A DNA stretch of 64,000 nt from Granulicella sp. (GCA_027339965.1 DAHWNL010000021.1:34047-98046); one strand, 5' to 3'; counted from the first letter of the stretch, positions 8,421 to 21,055 are shown. Translations and numbers: made by a program. Notes: a model not told the origin generated them from the letters alone.

Positions 8421-9458
8421 CTAAGGCCGCGCTCGTCCCCTGGCGGCCGGCGTTTGAGGGCGGCCAACGTACGGCTTTGTTCGCATCTCACGGAACAAAC
8501 GTTCCATCTTCAACCTCCCAGAGCCGCTGCGAGGCCTTTGCATGGCCACCGCGCGAGCGTAGGCGGCTCGCGCGGTGGAGGCGAGTTGACGAAGCGCCGA
8601 ACCGAGGGGCGAGCGATGCCGCCATACCAGCGCGATGGTCCTTCGTGGCGCAGGCTGCTTGAAGCGCCGGATCGACAAAGAAGCGCGCTTCACCTCGGTT
8701 GCCACTGCAAGCTCGGGCAGCAGCGTCACGCCTGCTCCACCGGCGACCATTTGCGCGAGCGTCGAAAGACTGGTGGCTCGAAACTCGAGCTCGTGAGCCT
8801 TTGTATGGGAGCAGTATGCGAGAGCCTGCTCGCGGAAGCAGTGTCCCTCGTCCAGAAGCAGCACGCACGCATTTGTCAGCTCCGCAGGCTCTACGGAGCA
8901 GTGCCTGGATCCAAGAGGATGACCTTTGGGCGTGGCGAGCACGAAGGAGTCCGAGCCGATGATCTCGTAATCGACATCGCCGATGTCCGCCTCCAGCGCC
9001 ATCAGCGCGGCGTCGATCCTGCCGCTGTCGAGGCTGCTTACCAGGTTTACCGACTTATCCTCCACCCAGAGCGTGGTGAGGCACGGATAGCCTTTGTGGA
9101 GTGCCGCGGTGATCCATGGCACCAGATAAGGAGAGATCGTCGGGATGACACCAATCCGCAGGGCGCCGGAGAGCGGATCCGCATTCCAGCGCGCCACCTG
9201 GAGGAGGTCGTCGGCTTCGTGCAGAAGAAGCTGCACACGTTCCAGAATCTCACGGCCGGCAGCCGTAACCAGGACGCGCCGCCGGTCACGCTCGAACAGG
9301 GCCACTCCCAGGGCTTCTTCCATCTGTGCAAGCTGGGCGCTCAGGGCGGGCTGCGATACATGGCACTGTTCCGCAGCCCTGCGGAAACTGAGTGACTCCG
9401 CGACGGCGGCGGCGTACTGTAGCTGCCGCAGCGTGAAGGGATAAGGTTCGAGCTTCAT
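8421..9458 (-). CDS. oxyR: H2O2-sensing LysR regulator
   Basis: LysR HTH; LLLDEGHCFREQALAYC (C-X8-C); RATSLSTL; divergent from katG. Confidence 0.88.
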   Translation of the reverse strand: MKLEPYPFTLRQLQYAAAVAESLSFRRAAEQCHVSQPALSAQLAQMEEALGVALFERDRRRVLVTAAGREILERVQLLLHEADDLLQVARWNADPLSGALRIGVIPTISPYLVPWITAALHKGYPCLTTLWVEDKSVNLVSSLDSGRIDAALMALEADIGDVDYEIIGSDSFVLATPKGHPLGSRHCSVEPAELTNACVLLLDEGHCFREQALAYCSHTKAHELEFRATSLSTLAQMVAGGAGVTLLPELAVATEVKRASLSIRRFKQPAPRRTIALVWRHRSPLGSALRQLASTARAAYARAVAMQRPRSGSGRLKMERLFREMRTKPYVGRPQTPAARGRARP

Positions 9459-9493
9459 AACCAAAAACTATCACCTTTATGCAAAAACTGTCT
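9457..9493. promoter_or_regulatory. Partial OxyR operator
   Basis: ATAA-N7-CTAT-N7-ATGC resembles the ATAG-N7-CTAT repeat and overlaps the oxyR start codon. Confidence 0.45.
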
Positions 9494-9531
9494 TGGACAT
9501 ATCACGCCGGATTTGACACATTGAAGATTGA

Positions 9532-11742
<2,211 letters not shown>

Positions 11743-11845
11743 GGTGGAAAGCGGCTACATTTTCCCTTCCAGCGGGGCCTCAACCGGGTGCCAGATTGTC
11801 GACTTGGGGACGGTTGAGGCTACGCAAGATGATTCGGACGAGACG

Positions 11846-11881
11846 CCGAAAGAGGAGCCGGAAGAGGACCCGAAAGAGGAG
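11846..11881 (+). repeat. Three imperfect 12-bp tandem units in a gene remnant
   Basis: CCGAAAGAGGAG / CCGGAAGAGGAC / CCGAAAGAGGAG. Confidence 0.7.
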
Positions 11882-12025
11882 CGGCAGCTTTGTCTGGCTG
11901 GATCGGCTGTTGCCTTCAAATAGGGTAGTGCACGCAGCCGCTGCGCGTTCTGGCGAAGATCATGGCGCCAGAAGCGCCTTTGCCCAAAGGGGGCTGGGGC
12001 GCAGGTTTGCGCCAGCGCGGCAGGG

Positions 12026-13456
12026 CTAGCAAACGCGGGCGAAGCCGATTCCCAGCAGCTTGGCCAGTTTTTCAAGCGTACTGGCGAGATGTCCCAGGCC
12101 TACGGCGCAGTGATGTGCCGGTCCATGAAGATTCCACTTGTCGACAAAGCTGCGCGCGCCGATGGGGAACTGATAGCGGCTGTTGGTGTTGCCGATGCGC
12201 AGAATCTCTCCCGCGACGCATTCTCCTTCAGCCACCACCAGCTTGAATCTATCTCGCTCATCCTCAGCAATAGAGAGCAGAGTGACCGGTCCATATCGAA
12301 CGGACATTTCAACCGAAAGGCCTCGGCCAACCTTGCCGTGGTACACCTGCAGGGGCCGTATCTTGGTTTTGCCTTCAGCGATTGCAAGATGCCCAGGTCC
12401 GTCATGGCCCATCAGGACGATATCGGCGTCATAATCCAGCGCGTAGTACTCGGTAAAAGACCCTCCCGCGCCCAGGGCATCCATGATCTTCATCGCCATG
12501 ACGTTCTTCACCTCATACTCGCCGGCGACCGGAGTGTGTTGGCTGGTGAGCAGGGAAGTTCCTACGATGATTGAGCTCATTGTGTCTTGGTTCTCGATGT
12601 TCCCGCTTCCCTTGTAGTAGTAGGCCAGCATGCCCAAACTGTGTTGCCGGACCAGATCATCGAGGGCGACTGAGGTTCGCGCCGCGCGCACCAGCTCGTT
12701 CTCCGGGCAGTCCTGCTGCACATCAAAGTTTGCGCGGATATTCTTGAGCCGGGTTGCGGTTTCTTCCTGGGATACCGCGGCTCGGAGCGCGCTCAACTCA
12801 TCCACCTCAAGGATCTCGACGTGAGTCCCAAAGGTGACGCTGACCTGGGTTACATCGGTCATTACGTCCAGCATTCCGCTGTAGTAGTGGCCGAGCAGAC
12901 CCAAGTTTGCTTCCGCCAGAACGGACTTTACCTTGGCCGCAGCGAGCCACTCGGCGATCTCATCCCACGTTTGGCCGTCGTCCAGGACGCCGGCCACCTG
13001 GTGAAATGGGATCCTGGCGCGCTGGAAGACGTTGGCAATCTCCGGCACGGGACAGGCCGAGCAATAGGCGAGCCACGCTCCGGTCATCGCCTCGCGATTG
13101 GGAAGCTGGTTGAATGCCCGGTAGTCGATCGCTGTTTTCGGCTGCAAGTTCAGTATGACCACGGGGATGCCGGCCCGTTGCACCAGAGGAAGAACCGTAT
13201 TGGAGAGAGCATAGGTGGTGACATAGATCAACAAGAGATCGATATCGGCTCTGCGGCATTGCCGGCTTGCCTCGCGGGCTGCATTCGCGGTATCGATCAA
13301 GCCCAGCTCGATCAGCTCAACTCCCGGCTGGGAAAGTTTCGCGGTGACCAACCGTAGATAGCCTTCAAGCTCCGGACGAAGGTTTTCAAACTGCTCCCAG
13401 TAGGCCTGAATTCCGATGCCACAGAGAGCGACTCGAAGCTGATGGTGTGCCGTCAC
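12026..13456 (-). CDS. L-fucose/L-arabinose isomerase family protein
   Basis: ACPVPEI, GHYYSGMLD, AGEYE, SFTE, GHDGPGH, HHCAVGLGH. Confidence 0.85.
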   Translation of the reverse strand: MTAHHQLRVALCGIGIQAYWEQFENLRPELEGYLRLVTAKLSQPGVELIELGLIDTANAAREASRQCRRADIDLLLIYVTTYALSNTVLPLVQRAGIPVVILNLQPKTAIDYRAFNQLPNREAMTGAWLAYCSACPVPEIANVFQRARIPFHQVAGVLDDGQTWDEIAEWLAAAKVKSVLAEANLGLLGHYYSGMLDVMTDVTQVSVTFGTHVEILEVDELSALRAAVSQEETATRLKNIRANFDVQQDCPENELVRAARTSVALDDLVRQHSLGMLAYYYKGSGNIENQDTMSSIIVGTSLLTSQHTPVAGEYEVKNVMAMKIMDALGAGGSFTEYYALDYDADIVLMGHDGPGHLAIAEGKTKIRPLQVYHGKVGRGLSVEMSVRYGPVTLLSIAEDERDRFKLVVAEGECVAGEILRIGNTNSRYQFPIGARSFVDKWNLHGPAHHCAVGLGHLASTLEKLAKLLGIGFARVC

Positions 13457-13556
13457 AATGCTCCTAGCTTGGTACCAGGTGAAGCCGACACGGAAGGGAT
13501 TCTGCTCAAGCGCCGCTCCCCGCTTCCGCGCGATGGAGAGAATAGCTCATCGGAAG

Positions 13557-15155
13557 CTATTTTTCGATCACCACCGACACGGCGAAGGGACGCAGAGTGA
13601 GGGAGGTTCCCTGCAGATTCGTCGTGCTCCAACTACCTTCTCCTGTAGAAGGATCGACGGTTTCCACCTGAGCTCCGGCGGCGTCAGAGGTCAACTTCAC
13701 CTGAATGTCGCGATCTCGCTTGTTGATGATGAGCAGCTTCTTTCCGTCGCGGGTCTGGAATGCCTGGGCTGCGATGGCACGGTCTGAGCCGCTGGTCTCC
13801 ACCATCGCATCACCGAGCGAGAAGTTATCCTTGAGAAGCTTCAAGACCCAGTAACGCGCATTGGGCTCGCCTGTATTCCAGTCGATCATGGACACGCTGG
13901 GAAACTGCGTGGGGTAGCCCACCAGTTGAGATTCACCGATCACGTCAACGCCTTCCTTCGCCAGACCGATATACAAGTAGGCATACAGAGCGCCGGCCAG
14001 GTTCCAGTATTTTTTAGGAATCCGGCTGCGAATCTGCTCGGCTGTTTCTCCGGTCCGGTTATCGTTGGGCAGGATGACGCCCAGCTCATCGGTATCCGTC
14101 TTCGTCTCTGGAGAAAGCCGCGCACGAATGGCCTGAATGAAATGGACTCGGTCTAGAAACCCGTCCGCTTGATCGAAGAAGGTATATTGCCAGTCGTCTA
14201 TCGTCTGGCTCGGGGTGGTTCCCGCATAAAAGTGATAGGAGATGAAGTCCAGAGGGATTCCGGGACGGTGGTGGGCGTGATTCAAGAAGTACTCAAACCA
14301 TTGCGGATCGCGGGGTGAGGCAAGAGCGAGTCCGACAAACTTCATCTTGGGGTCGACTTTCAGGATGGCTGCGGCGATCGCGTCGTATCGCCGGGTGTAC
14401 TGCTGCGGGGTCATGGAGTGCTCGGCATCCACCTCATTGAGCACCTCCCAGTAGGGGATCTCGTAATGATAGGGGGATTTGCGGAGGACGCCGTGTTCGT
14501 CGGTGAATCCGCCGCGGGTGTACCAGCTTACCAGCCGCGCGTAATAGTCGCCGAGCTCCTTCATGCTGGGATCGCGCAGATGGGTCCCCTGCTCGTAGTT
14601 CCAGTCCACACGGTCAGGATCCGTGGGGTAGGGGACCGTCTCTGGAGTCTTGAACATCCATTGCGGAATGGTGCTGAAGTTGACGATTACGGAGTTCCCC
14701 GCCGTTGCCGCCATGAAGTCCTCCATCATCGGGTCAATCAGGCGGAAGTTCCAGGAGGTCGAGGTGGCTGTGGGCGGCTTCAACTCTGCGACCGCCAGCC
14801 GAGGATAAGGCAGCCATGGGACGTAGCGGACATAACCGGCCTGCATGCGTTTGAGTGCTGCAAATGTCTGATCGTGGATCTTGGAGCCGCGGCGCAGCAT
14901 GGGATTGACCACGACTTGCAGCGTCGGCGTCGACCGCAGGGTCGTCACCGGGTAGTTCCACTGCGCTTGCACTCGTACAGGGTGCGGCGAAGTGACGGCA
15001 GGGCTGCTTTGAGGGTTGGCAGCCGCCTCTCCCTGAGAGATGGCCAGCGGGGAACATCTGGAGAGCGGCGTGACCCCGAAGAGGAGCGAAGCCAAGATCA
15101 AAATCCAAACAGAGCGCACAGCATACCTCCGTGAAGCATCGTTGGGCACAACCAT
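13557..15155 (-). CDS. Secreted glycoside hydrolase, GH39-like (clan GH-A)
   Basis: Signal peptide, YWEVLNE acid/base motif, DFISYHFY, TDELG nucleophile region, C-terminal beta-sandwich LRPFAV. Confidence 0.8.
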   Translation of the reverse strand: MVVPNDASRRYAVRSVWILILASLLFGVTPLSRCSPLAISQGEAAANPQSSPAVTSPHPVRVQAQWNYPVTTLRSTPTLQVVVNPMLRRGSKIHDQTFAALKRMQAGYVRYVPWLPYPRLAVAELKPPTATSTSWNFRLIDPMMEDFMAATAGNSVIVNFSTIPQWMFKTPETVPYPTDPDRVDWNYEQGTHLRDPSMKELGDYYARLVSWYTRGGFTDEHGVLRKSPYHYEIPYWEVLNEVDAEHSMTPQQYTRRYDAIAAAILKVDPKMKFVGLALASPRDPQWFEYFLNHAHHRPGIPLDFISYHFYAGTTPSQTIDDWQYTFFDQADGFLDRVHFIQAIRARLSPETKTDTDELGVILPNDNRTGETAEQIRSRIPKKYWNLAGALYAYLYIGLAKEGVDVIGESQLVGYPTQFPSVSMIDWNTGEPNARYWVLKLLKDNFSLGDAMVETSGSDRAIAAQAFQTRDGKKLLIINKRDRDIQVKLTSDAAGAQVETVDPSTGEGSWSTTNLQGTSLTLRPFAVSVVIEK

Positions 15156-15275
15156 GATATGAAAAATAATGCTGTTTGCGCACCTCAAACCCTGTTCGGA
15201 TAGCATCTACTCCTAATAGGGCGGTAAGCGGTCGGCTTGCCTGCTCTCAATCTTCCTGCGATAGAGGAGTTTTTG

Positions 15276-16670
15276 GTGACTGAGACCCATTCCGATGCAC
15301 TGGTGTTTTTTGGCGCAACCGGGGATCTGGCGTACAAGAAGATCTTTCCCGCCCTGCAAGCGATGGTGAAACGAGGCGCGCTGGCTGTACCGGTGATTGG
15401 CGTCGCCAAGGCAGGGTGGAACCTGGATCAACTCAAGGACCGGGCCAAGGACAGCCTGGAAAAGCATGGCGGGTTGGATGCGGCCGCCTGGGAGAGATTG
15501 AGTTCGCTTCTACGTTATGTGGACGGCGACTATGCGGATCCGGCGACCTTTGCGGCGGTGCGCAAAGAGCTGGGCGGCGCTCAGCATCCGGCGCACTATC
15601 TGGCGATTCCGCCCTCATTGTTTGAGAAGGTAGTGGATCAGCTAATGCATTCCGGGTCTGCCAAGGGGGCGAGGATGATTGTGGAAAAGCCCTTTGGCCA
15701 CGATCTGGCCTCCGCTCAGGAGCTGAACCATATTTTGTTGCGGGCGTTTCCAGAGCGGTCCATCTTCCGAATCGACCACTATCTGGCCAAGGATCCGGTG
15801 CAAAGCATGGTCTCGTTCCGTTTCGCGAACTCCTTTCTGGAGCCGCTATGGAATCGTGACCATATTGACAGCGTGCAGATCACCATGGCGGAGAGTTTTG
15901 GGGTCCAGGGACGGGGCGCGTTCTACGACCAGACCGGCGCGATGCGGGATGTGATCCAGAACCATCTGTTCCAGTTGATGTGCAATCTGGCCATGGAGTC
16001 GCCGGCGCGCAAGGACAGCGAGTCTATACGAGATGAGAAGGTGAAGGTTCTGAAGGCGATCTCTCCCATCGGGCCGGGGAACCTGGTGCGCGGTCAGTTC
16101 CGCGGGTATGAGGATGAGCCGGGGGTGGCCAAGGGATCCAGGACGGAGACGTTTGCAGCCTTGCGTTTGGAGATCTCCTCCTGGAGATGGTCGGGGGTTC
16201 CGTTTTATATCCGCGCGGGCAAGAACCTCCCGGAGACCTGCACCGAAGTGATGACGCGCTTCAAGCGTCCACCGATGACCAAGTTCTCTGAGGGCGAGAT
16301 GCCACAAAATTACATACGGTTCCGAATCAGCCCGGACTCAACCATTGCGATGGGTGTCTCTGTAGCGGTGGCTGGAGATGACTCCCGGCGGAAACCCACC
16401 GAGTTGGTTGCCAGCAGCGAGCCTTACCCGGAAGACATGGAGCCGTACGAGCGTGTATTGACCGATGCGCTGATAGGAGATTCGAGCATCTTTGCGCGCC
16501 AGGATTACGTGGAGGAAGCGTGGAGGATTGTGGACCCGGTGCTCAGGGACGGAACCCCGGTGCACCCGTACGAGGTGCACTCGTGGGGGCCGCCGGAGGC
16601 GATGAAGCTGGCGCCTCCGGGGGGATGGGTGGATCCGTTGCTCGGTGCTTGCATTCCGGCGGGCGCTTAG
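15276..16670 (+). CDS. zwf: Glucose-6-phosphate 1-dehydrogenase
   Basis: [45 protein letters not shown]. Confidence 0.95.
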   Translation: MTETHSDALVFFGATGDLAYKKIFPALQAMVKRGALAVPVIGVAKAGWNLDQLKDRAKDSLEKHGGLDAAAWERLSSLLRYVDGDYADPATFAAVRKELGGAQHPAHYLAIPPSLFEKVVDQLMHSGSAKGARMIVEKPFGHDLASAQELNHILLRAFPERSIFRIDHYLAKDPVQSMVSFRFANSFLEPLWNRDHIDSVQITMAESFGVQGRGAFYDQTGAMRDVIQNHLFQLMCNLAMESPARKDSESIRDEKVKVLKAISPIGPGNLVRGQFRGYEDEPGVAKGSRTETFAALRLEISSWRWSGVPFYIRAGKNLPETCTEVMTRFKRPPMTKFSEGEMPQNYIRFRISPDSTIAMGVSVAVAGDDSRRKPTELVASSEPYPEDMEPYERVLTDALIGDSSIFARQDYVEEAWRIVDPVLRDGTPVHPYEVHSWGPPEAMKLAPPGGWVDPLLGACIPAGA

Positions 16671-16706
16671 ATCCGTTGGGCGCAAACCTTGCGCTCCGAA
16701 AAGCTC

Positions 16707-17552
16707 TTACAGGCTGCCCAGGGAAAAGTAGTCCCGCAGAGCGATGATGAACCAGAGAACCGGCGCTGCGACCAGGAGGGCATCGATGCGGTCCAGCACG
16801 CCGCCGTGGCCAGGGAGCATGGAGCCGGAGTCCTTGACTCCGGCTCCCCGCTTAAGGGCTGACTCGAGCAGGTCGCCGAACTGGGCGGCTGCGTTGAGCA
16901 GCACGGCGAGCAGGAGGAAGATCCACCAGCGTTCTGTGGTGTGAAGCCGGGTAAAGCTGGAGTTCTGTTGGGTGAGCCAATCCCCCAGCAGAACCAGGCC
17001 CATGCCGAAGAGGCAGGAGGCCGTCAGCGAGGCGATGGCGCCCTCCCATGTCTTGTTGGGCGAGAGGCGGGGCGCAAATTTGTGGCTACCAAAGCGTCTG
17101 CCGACATAGAGCGCGGCGACATCCCCTGACCACACACAGAGAAAGAGGAAGAGCAGCAGCGCGGTGCCGTTCTCTTGATTGAGAATCTCCGGCAGAAGAG
17201 CCAGAGGATAGGCGATATAGATCACCAGAAGGAGGCCTGCGGAGGTTTGCCAAAGGACATGCTCCAATTTGGTGCGGAATGCCGCAACCGCGAAGAGCAC
17301 CAGGGTAAGGAAGGCCACCACCGTGAGCCTGTCGGAAGGGTGGAAGAAGACGCAGAGGAAATAACAGGCTACGGCACAGAGAGACCACCAGAGCGGTATG
17401 GGGCATCCGCCGGCGGCAGCGAAGGTTCGGAACTCTGAAGCGGCCAAGCCGGCGACGATGGCCGCCAGGAGGGTGACCATCCATAGCTTGCCAAAGAAGA
17501 TCAGCGCCAGGACACAGGCAATGAGGACAACAGCGGTGAGGATGCGCTTCAT
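16707..17552 (-). CDS. cdsA: Phosphatidate cytidylyltransferase
   Basis: SPNKTWEG, GDLLESALKRGAGVKDSG, PGHGGVLDRID. Confidence 0.96.
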   Translation of the reverse strand: MKRILTAVVLIACVLALIFFGKLWMVTLLAAIVAGLAASEFRTFAAAGGCPIPLWWSLCAVACYFLCVFFHPSDRLTVVAFLTLVLFAVAAFRTKLEHVLWQTSAGLLLVIYIAYPLALLPEILNQENGTALLLFLFLCVWSGDVAALYVGRRFGSHKFAPRLSPNKTWEGAIASLTASCLFGMGLVLLGDWLTQQNSSFTRLHTTERWWIFLLLAVLLNAAAQFGDLLESALKRGAGVKDSGSMLPGHGGVLDRIDALLVAAPVLWFIIALRDYFSLGSL

Positions 17553-17669
17553 GATTCTTGTTGAGGATACACGGTTTACCGGATCTTCCGCGCGAATGAG
17601 CGCCCAGCGGCGCAGACGATGGAATCGGCCGCCCGGGGGCCGCTTCCTTGGAGGGACGCCCGTGGGCTA

Positions 17670-18833
17670 CTAATAGGCGGCAATGGAAAGATTGGTGTCA
17701 GCGTTGGTCCAGGCGGTGGACGTGAAGGTGGCGACGGGCGCGATGTTGCCGTCGCCCTGGGTGGAGAACTTGAGAACCGTGGGGTTGGCTGTGCTGCCGC
17801 AGGTGGCGGTGGAGACCACGTAGAGATAACCCTCGTTATCCAACGCGATACCGCCTACGCAACCCAGTTGCGTGTTGCTGCCGGTGATGTCGCGCAGGGG
17901 AGAGGCATTGCCGGTGGCGCCGGGAGCGAAGATCAGGATGCTGGAGACCCCGGAGACGACGTTGGTGACGTAAAGGTTGCCGGCTGGGTCCGTGGCCATG
18001 CCCCGGGGAGTTCCAAAGGAGAGCGTGGTGAGGGCGCCGCTGAGGGTGCGCGACGGCGCGACGCTGCCTGTGGCTCCCGGAGCGAAAACCACAATCGGCG
18101 CTGTGGGAGCCGGAGCGGATATATCCGGAGACGCCGTGTCGGCGACGTACAGATTGCCTTTGCGGTCGACCGCCGGGGCGTAAGGAAGTTCAAGTGTGGT
18201 TACATCCGCTGCCTGGGTGCCGATGGGAAGAAGAAGGTCTGGGGCGACTGAGCCATTCTGCGAGTAGCCGAAACCTGCGACGCCGTAGCCAAATCCGGCC
18301 GCATAGATGTCGCCGGCCGCATCCACGGCCAGGCCATTGATGCCGGTGAGCCCGGTGGTGGAGTTGAAGGGAATATCTCCAATGGGCTGCGCGTTGTTGG
18401 AGGAGCCAACGGGGAACTCAAGGATGGCGCTTCCGCTGGAGCCCTCGGCCGCGCTGGTATAGATATCCCCGTAGCCATCGACGGCCAGGTAGGCCAAAGA
18501 TGTGGTCTTCGAGTTCTCAATGGTGGAGAGCGGGGCTGTGACTCCTGAGGAGGATGTGGAGAACTGCAAGATCTCCCCCGAGGCGGCCGTGCTGCCGGAG
18601 GCGGCATTGTTCTGGATCACGTAGACGCCCACGGCAGGTGCTGCGTGGATATTGCCGAAGGTCGTGCCATCGCTGGAGCAGCCGGCGAGAGGCAGAACCA
18701 AGCCTGCGAGCAGCAGGCCCACAGATTGCGGTCGAAGCGCGGAGGCCAGCCATGGTTTGAAGGCGAAACAGGCTCGAAGTGGCCAAGAAGAGCCGAGTGG
18801 GGGCTGCGCAGCGTTGAATACGGATCGGTTCAT
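17670..18833 (-). CDS. NHL/beta-propeller repeat lipoprotein
   Basis: Lipobox LAGC; repeated AVDxxGxxY and APGATGxxxP units. Confidence 0.75.
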   Translation of the reverse strand: MNRSVFNAAQPPLGSSWPLRACFAFKPWLASALRPQSVGLLLAGLVLPLAGCSSDGTTFGNIHAAPAVGVYVIQNNAASGSTAASGEILQFSTSSSGVTAPLSTIENSKTTSLAYLAVDGYGDIYTSAAEGSSGSAILEFPVGSSNNAQPIGDIPFNSTTGLTGINGLAVDAAGDIYAAGFGYGVAGFGYSQNGSVAPDLLLPIGTQAADVTTLELPYAPAVDRKGNLYVADTASPDISAPAPTAPIVVFAPGATGSVAPSRTLSGALTTLSFGTPRGMATDPAGNLYVTNVVSGVSSILIFAPGATGNASPLRDITGSNTQLGCVGGIALDNEGYLYVVSTATCGSTANPTVLKFSTQGDGNIAPVATFTSTAWTNADTNLSIAAY

Positions 18834-19128
18834 GCCGCCTCCTTGGAGGAGTTCCAGCGAGAACGTTCAGGGCTGGTTCCCAGCCGGTGTCCTGAGGCCT
18901 TCGATCGCTCTCCGAGCGTCTTTCCTTCCCAGAGATCTTCACGGGCTGTCGGCACCGCGGGGAAGAGGCTTAGGGAACGAAGCTGGGGTTAGTTCCTCGT
19001 TGAACTCTTATTTAAGCACACCTTCAGGAAGTGGGGATACGGAATCTGCGGGTGTAAGCCGCGAGGGAACAGGGTCATACTCTCAGCCGCGCTTCGGTCC
19101 TACAGGATAGGGGGTGTACCTTGCTCTG

Positions 19129-19239
19129 TAGCATTTTCAGTGTTGCTGGGTACACCGGAGAGGGCGTGCAGTGGCGTTTTCATTGGGGAAAACGCCCATG
19201 GAGGTCGAGGCGTCGCGTTACACCTGCACTGGAAATGGT
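19129..19239 (+). repeat. ~110-bp MITE/REP-like element, copy 1
   Basis: Terminal IR TAGCATTTTCAGTG...CACTGGAAATG; internal hairpin GGCGTTTTC-ATTGGG-GAAAACGCC; matches 35157-35267 in inverted orientation. Confidence 0.85.
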
Positions 19240-20166
19240 TTAGCGGGGAAGCAGTTCGACCGGAACATCCAGAGTGGAGGGAAGGGTGTCGGAGAACGCC
19301 TCGTCGGAGGAGTCGCCGAGACCGCCGAAGCGGCGTTCGCGCTGCTGATAGTCGGCGATGGCTTCCAGGAGGTGAATACCGCGGAAGTCCGGCCACAGGC
19401 GGTTGGTAACGAAGATCTCGGCGTAAGCAATCTGCCAAAGGAGGAAGTTGGAGATGCGCTGCTCGCCGGAGGTTCGGATGACTAGGTCCGGATCGGGCAT
19501 CTGCGCGGTGTAGAGGTGGGCGTCGAGCTGAGGTTCGTCGATGCGGTTCTTGATGGCTTCATCCATGCCCTCGGCGGCGAGCATGTCTTCGACGGAGATG
19601 CCGCGCTGGTGAGCCTCCAGGATGAGTTTATGAATCAGGGCGCGGGCGGCATCGACGATCTCAGAGCGAGAGCCGTAGTTGAGCGCCAGGGTAAGAGTGG
19701 TTCCGGTGTTTCGGGCGGTTTGCTCGGAGGCCCACTGCATGGTTTCCTGGACTTCTGTAGGAAGTTCGTGGGTGCGGCCGATATAGGCCACCCGGATATT
19801 GTTGTCATTCATCCGCTTGACGTTGGAGACCAGATAGCTGCGCAGCAGCTTCATGAGGAAGTTCACTTCATTGCGCGGCCGGCGCAGGTTGTTTTCCAAC
19901 GAGAAAGCGTAGAGGGTGATCCAGGGAAGATCGATGCGGGAGGCGGTCTCCACAACGTACTGAACGCATTCAGCGCCCTGTTGGTGACCGAGAAAGCGCT
20001 TGAGGCTTCTCTTGCCGGCCCAGCGGCCGTTGCCATCCATGATGATGGCGATGTGTTGCGGCATGCGCGCCGGATCGAGCGCGTCATAGGCCGCGCGCTC
20101 TTCGGGTGTGAGTTCGTGAGCCCGGTTGGAGCGCTGATAGACGCGGCTGGGATAGGTTTCGCGCAC
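19240..20166 (-). CDS. uppS: Undecaprenyl diphosphate synthase (isoprenyl transferase)
   Basis: PQHIAIIMDGNGRWA, LYAFSLEN, LALNYGSR, DLVIRTSGEQRISNFLLWQ. Confidence 0.96.
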   Translation of the reverse strand: MRETYPSRVYQRSNRAHELTPEERAAYDALDPARMPQHIAIIMDGNGRWAGKRSLKRFLGHQQGAECVQYVVETASRIDLPWITLYAFSLENNLRRPRNEVNFLMKLLRSYLVSNVKRMNDNNIRVAYIGRTHELPTEVQETMQWASEQTARNTGTTLTLALNYGSRSEIVDAARALIHKLILEAHQRGISVEDMLAAEGMDEAIKNRIDEPQLDAHLYTAQMPDPDLVIRTSGEQRISNFLLWQIAYAEIFVTNRLWPDFRGIHLLEAIADYQQRERRFGGLGDSSDEAFSDTLPSTLDVPVELLPR

Positions 20167-20345
20167 GGGTCAATCTCTAGGATATGACGATAGCTGAAAA
20201 CGGAGAAGGAGAAAACAGGTGTGCAGAAGAGGTTCGAAGCCAGGCAGGGGCGAAAAGCGGCCAGATGAGGAAGGGGTGGGGTCCGCAGTTCGATGAGAGA
20301 GCGTTGCGGGACGGCGAAGCTTGCCGCTGGTGGCCGGGTGGAGAG

Positions 20346-20387
20346 ACACCGCAGCTCCTCACCCTGAGGGGTGTGGAGCTGCGGTGT
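20346..20387 (-). terminator. Strong hairpin downstream of the XRE regulator
   Basis: ACACCGCAGCTCC...GGAGCTGCGGTGT 13-bp perfect stem; weak U-tail. Confidence 0.55.
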
Positions 20388-20425
20388 TGGAGAGTCGCGG
20401 AGGAGCCGGCCTGCGGTGGCCGGGC

Positions 20426-21055
20426 TCAGGCCATGCGCCGGTTATGGCTCTGGGACAACTCGCGTACGTGATTGAGAAAGATCGCCTTCTGGGTGGAACT
20501 CAGGTGCGGCGCGTACTTGGCGATCTCGGCCAGGAAGGGATCGTTGAGCAGAACAGCGGTCTCGTCACGGTGCCGGGTGGGAGCGTCGCGGAGCAGGGCG
20601 GAGATATCCACCTGCAGGGCGCGTGCCAGGCGATCCAAGGAGGAGAGCGTAGGCATGGCCTTGCCGTTCTCGATCTTGGAGATGTAGGTTCGGGGAACGC
20701 ACATCCGCGCGGCGAGCTGGCGCTGGGAGAGATTGCGCACGTGGCGAAGATCGCGCACCGCGGCAGCAACCTGCGGGCCGGCTTCGCCAACCTCTGATGG
20801 CGAAGCCGCCACCAGGGCGACGGCGGGCATCACCTTGGGAGGTTCGGGGAGGAGCGACTTCTTGCACCGCCGGCAGGCGTCCGAAGCGGTGCGGAATTGC
20901 ACCAGCTTGCAGGCTTCACATCGTACGACCTCTCGCGCTGCCTGCGGGATCTCAGGGGCGGATGCTGCCACCGCCGTGTTGGGAACTGCCAAGGGCTGAG
21001 CCTCTTGAGCCTCTGTTGCGCGCATCGCGCGTACAGGCTGCATAAGGGTTGCCAT
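20426..21055 (-). CDS. XRE-family HTH protein with an N-terminal Cys4 zinc ribbon
   Basis: CEAC...CRRC, then LRHVRNLSQRQLA...YISKIENGKAMPT. Confidence 0.85.
   Translation of the reverse strand: MATLMQPVRAMRATEAQEAQPLAVPNTAVAASAPEIPQAAREVVRCEACKLVQFRTASDACRRCKKSLLPEPPKVMPAVALVAASPSEVGEAGPQVAAAVRDLRHVRNLSQRQLAARMCVPRTYISKIENGKAMPTLSSLDRLARALQVDISALLRDAPTRHRDETAVLLNDPFLAEIAKYAPHLSSTQKAIFLNHVRELSQSHNRRMA

Noticed and set aside
12298..12312. CGGACATTTC as the inverted partner of the IS-like end
   Set aside because: A single short match inside an intact coding region (VEMSVR).
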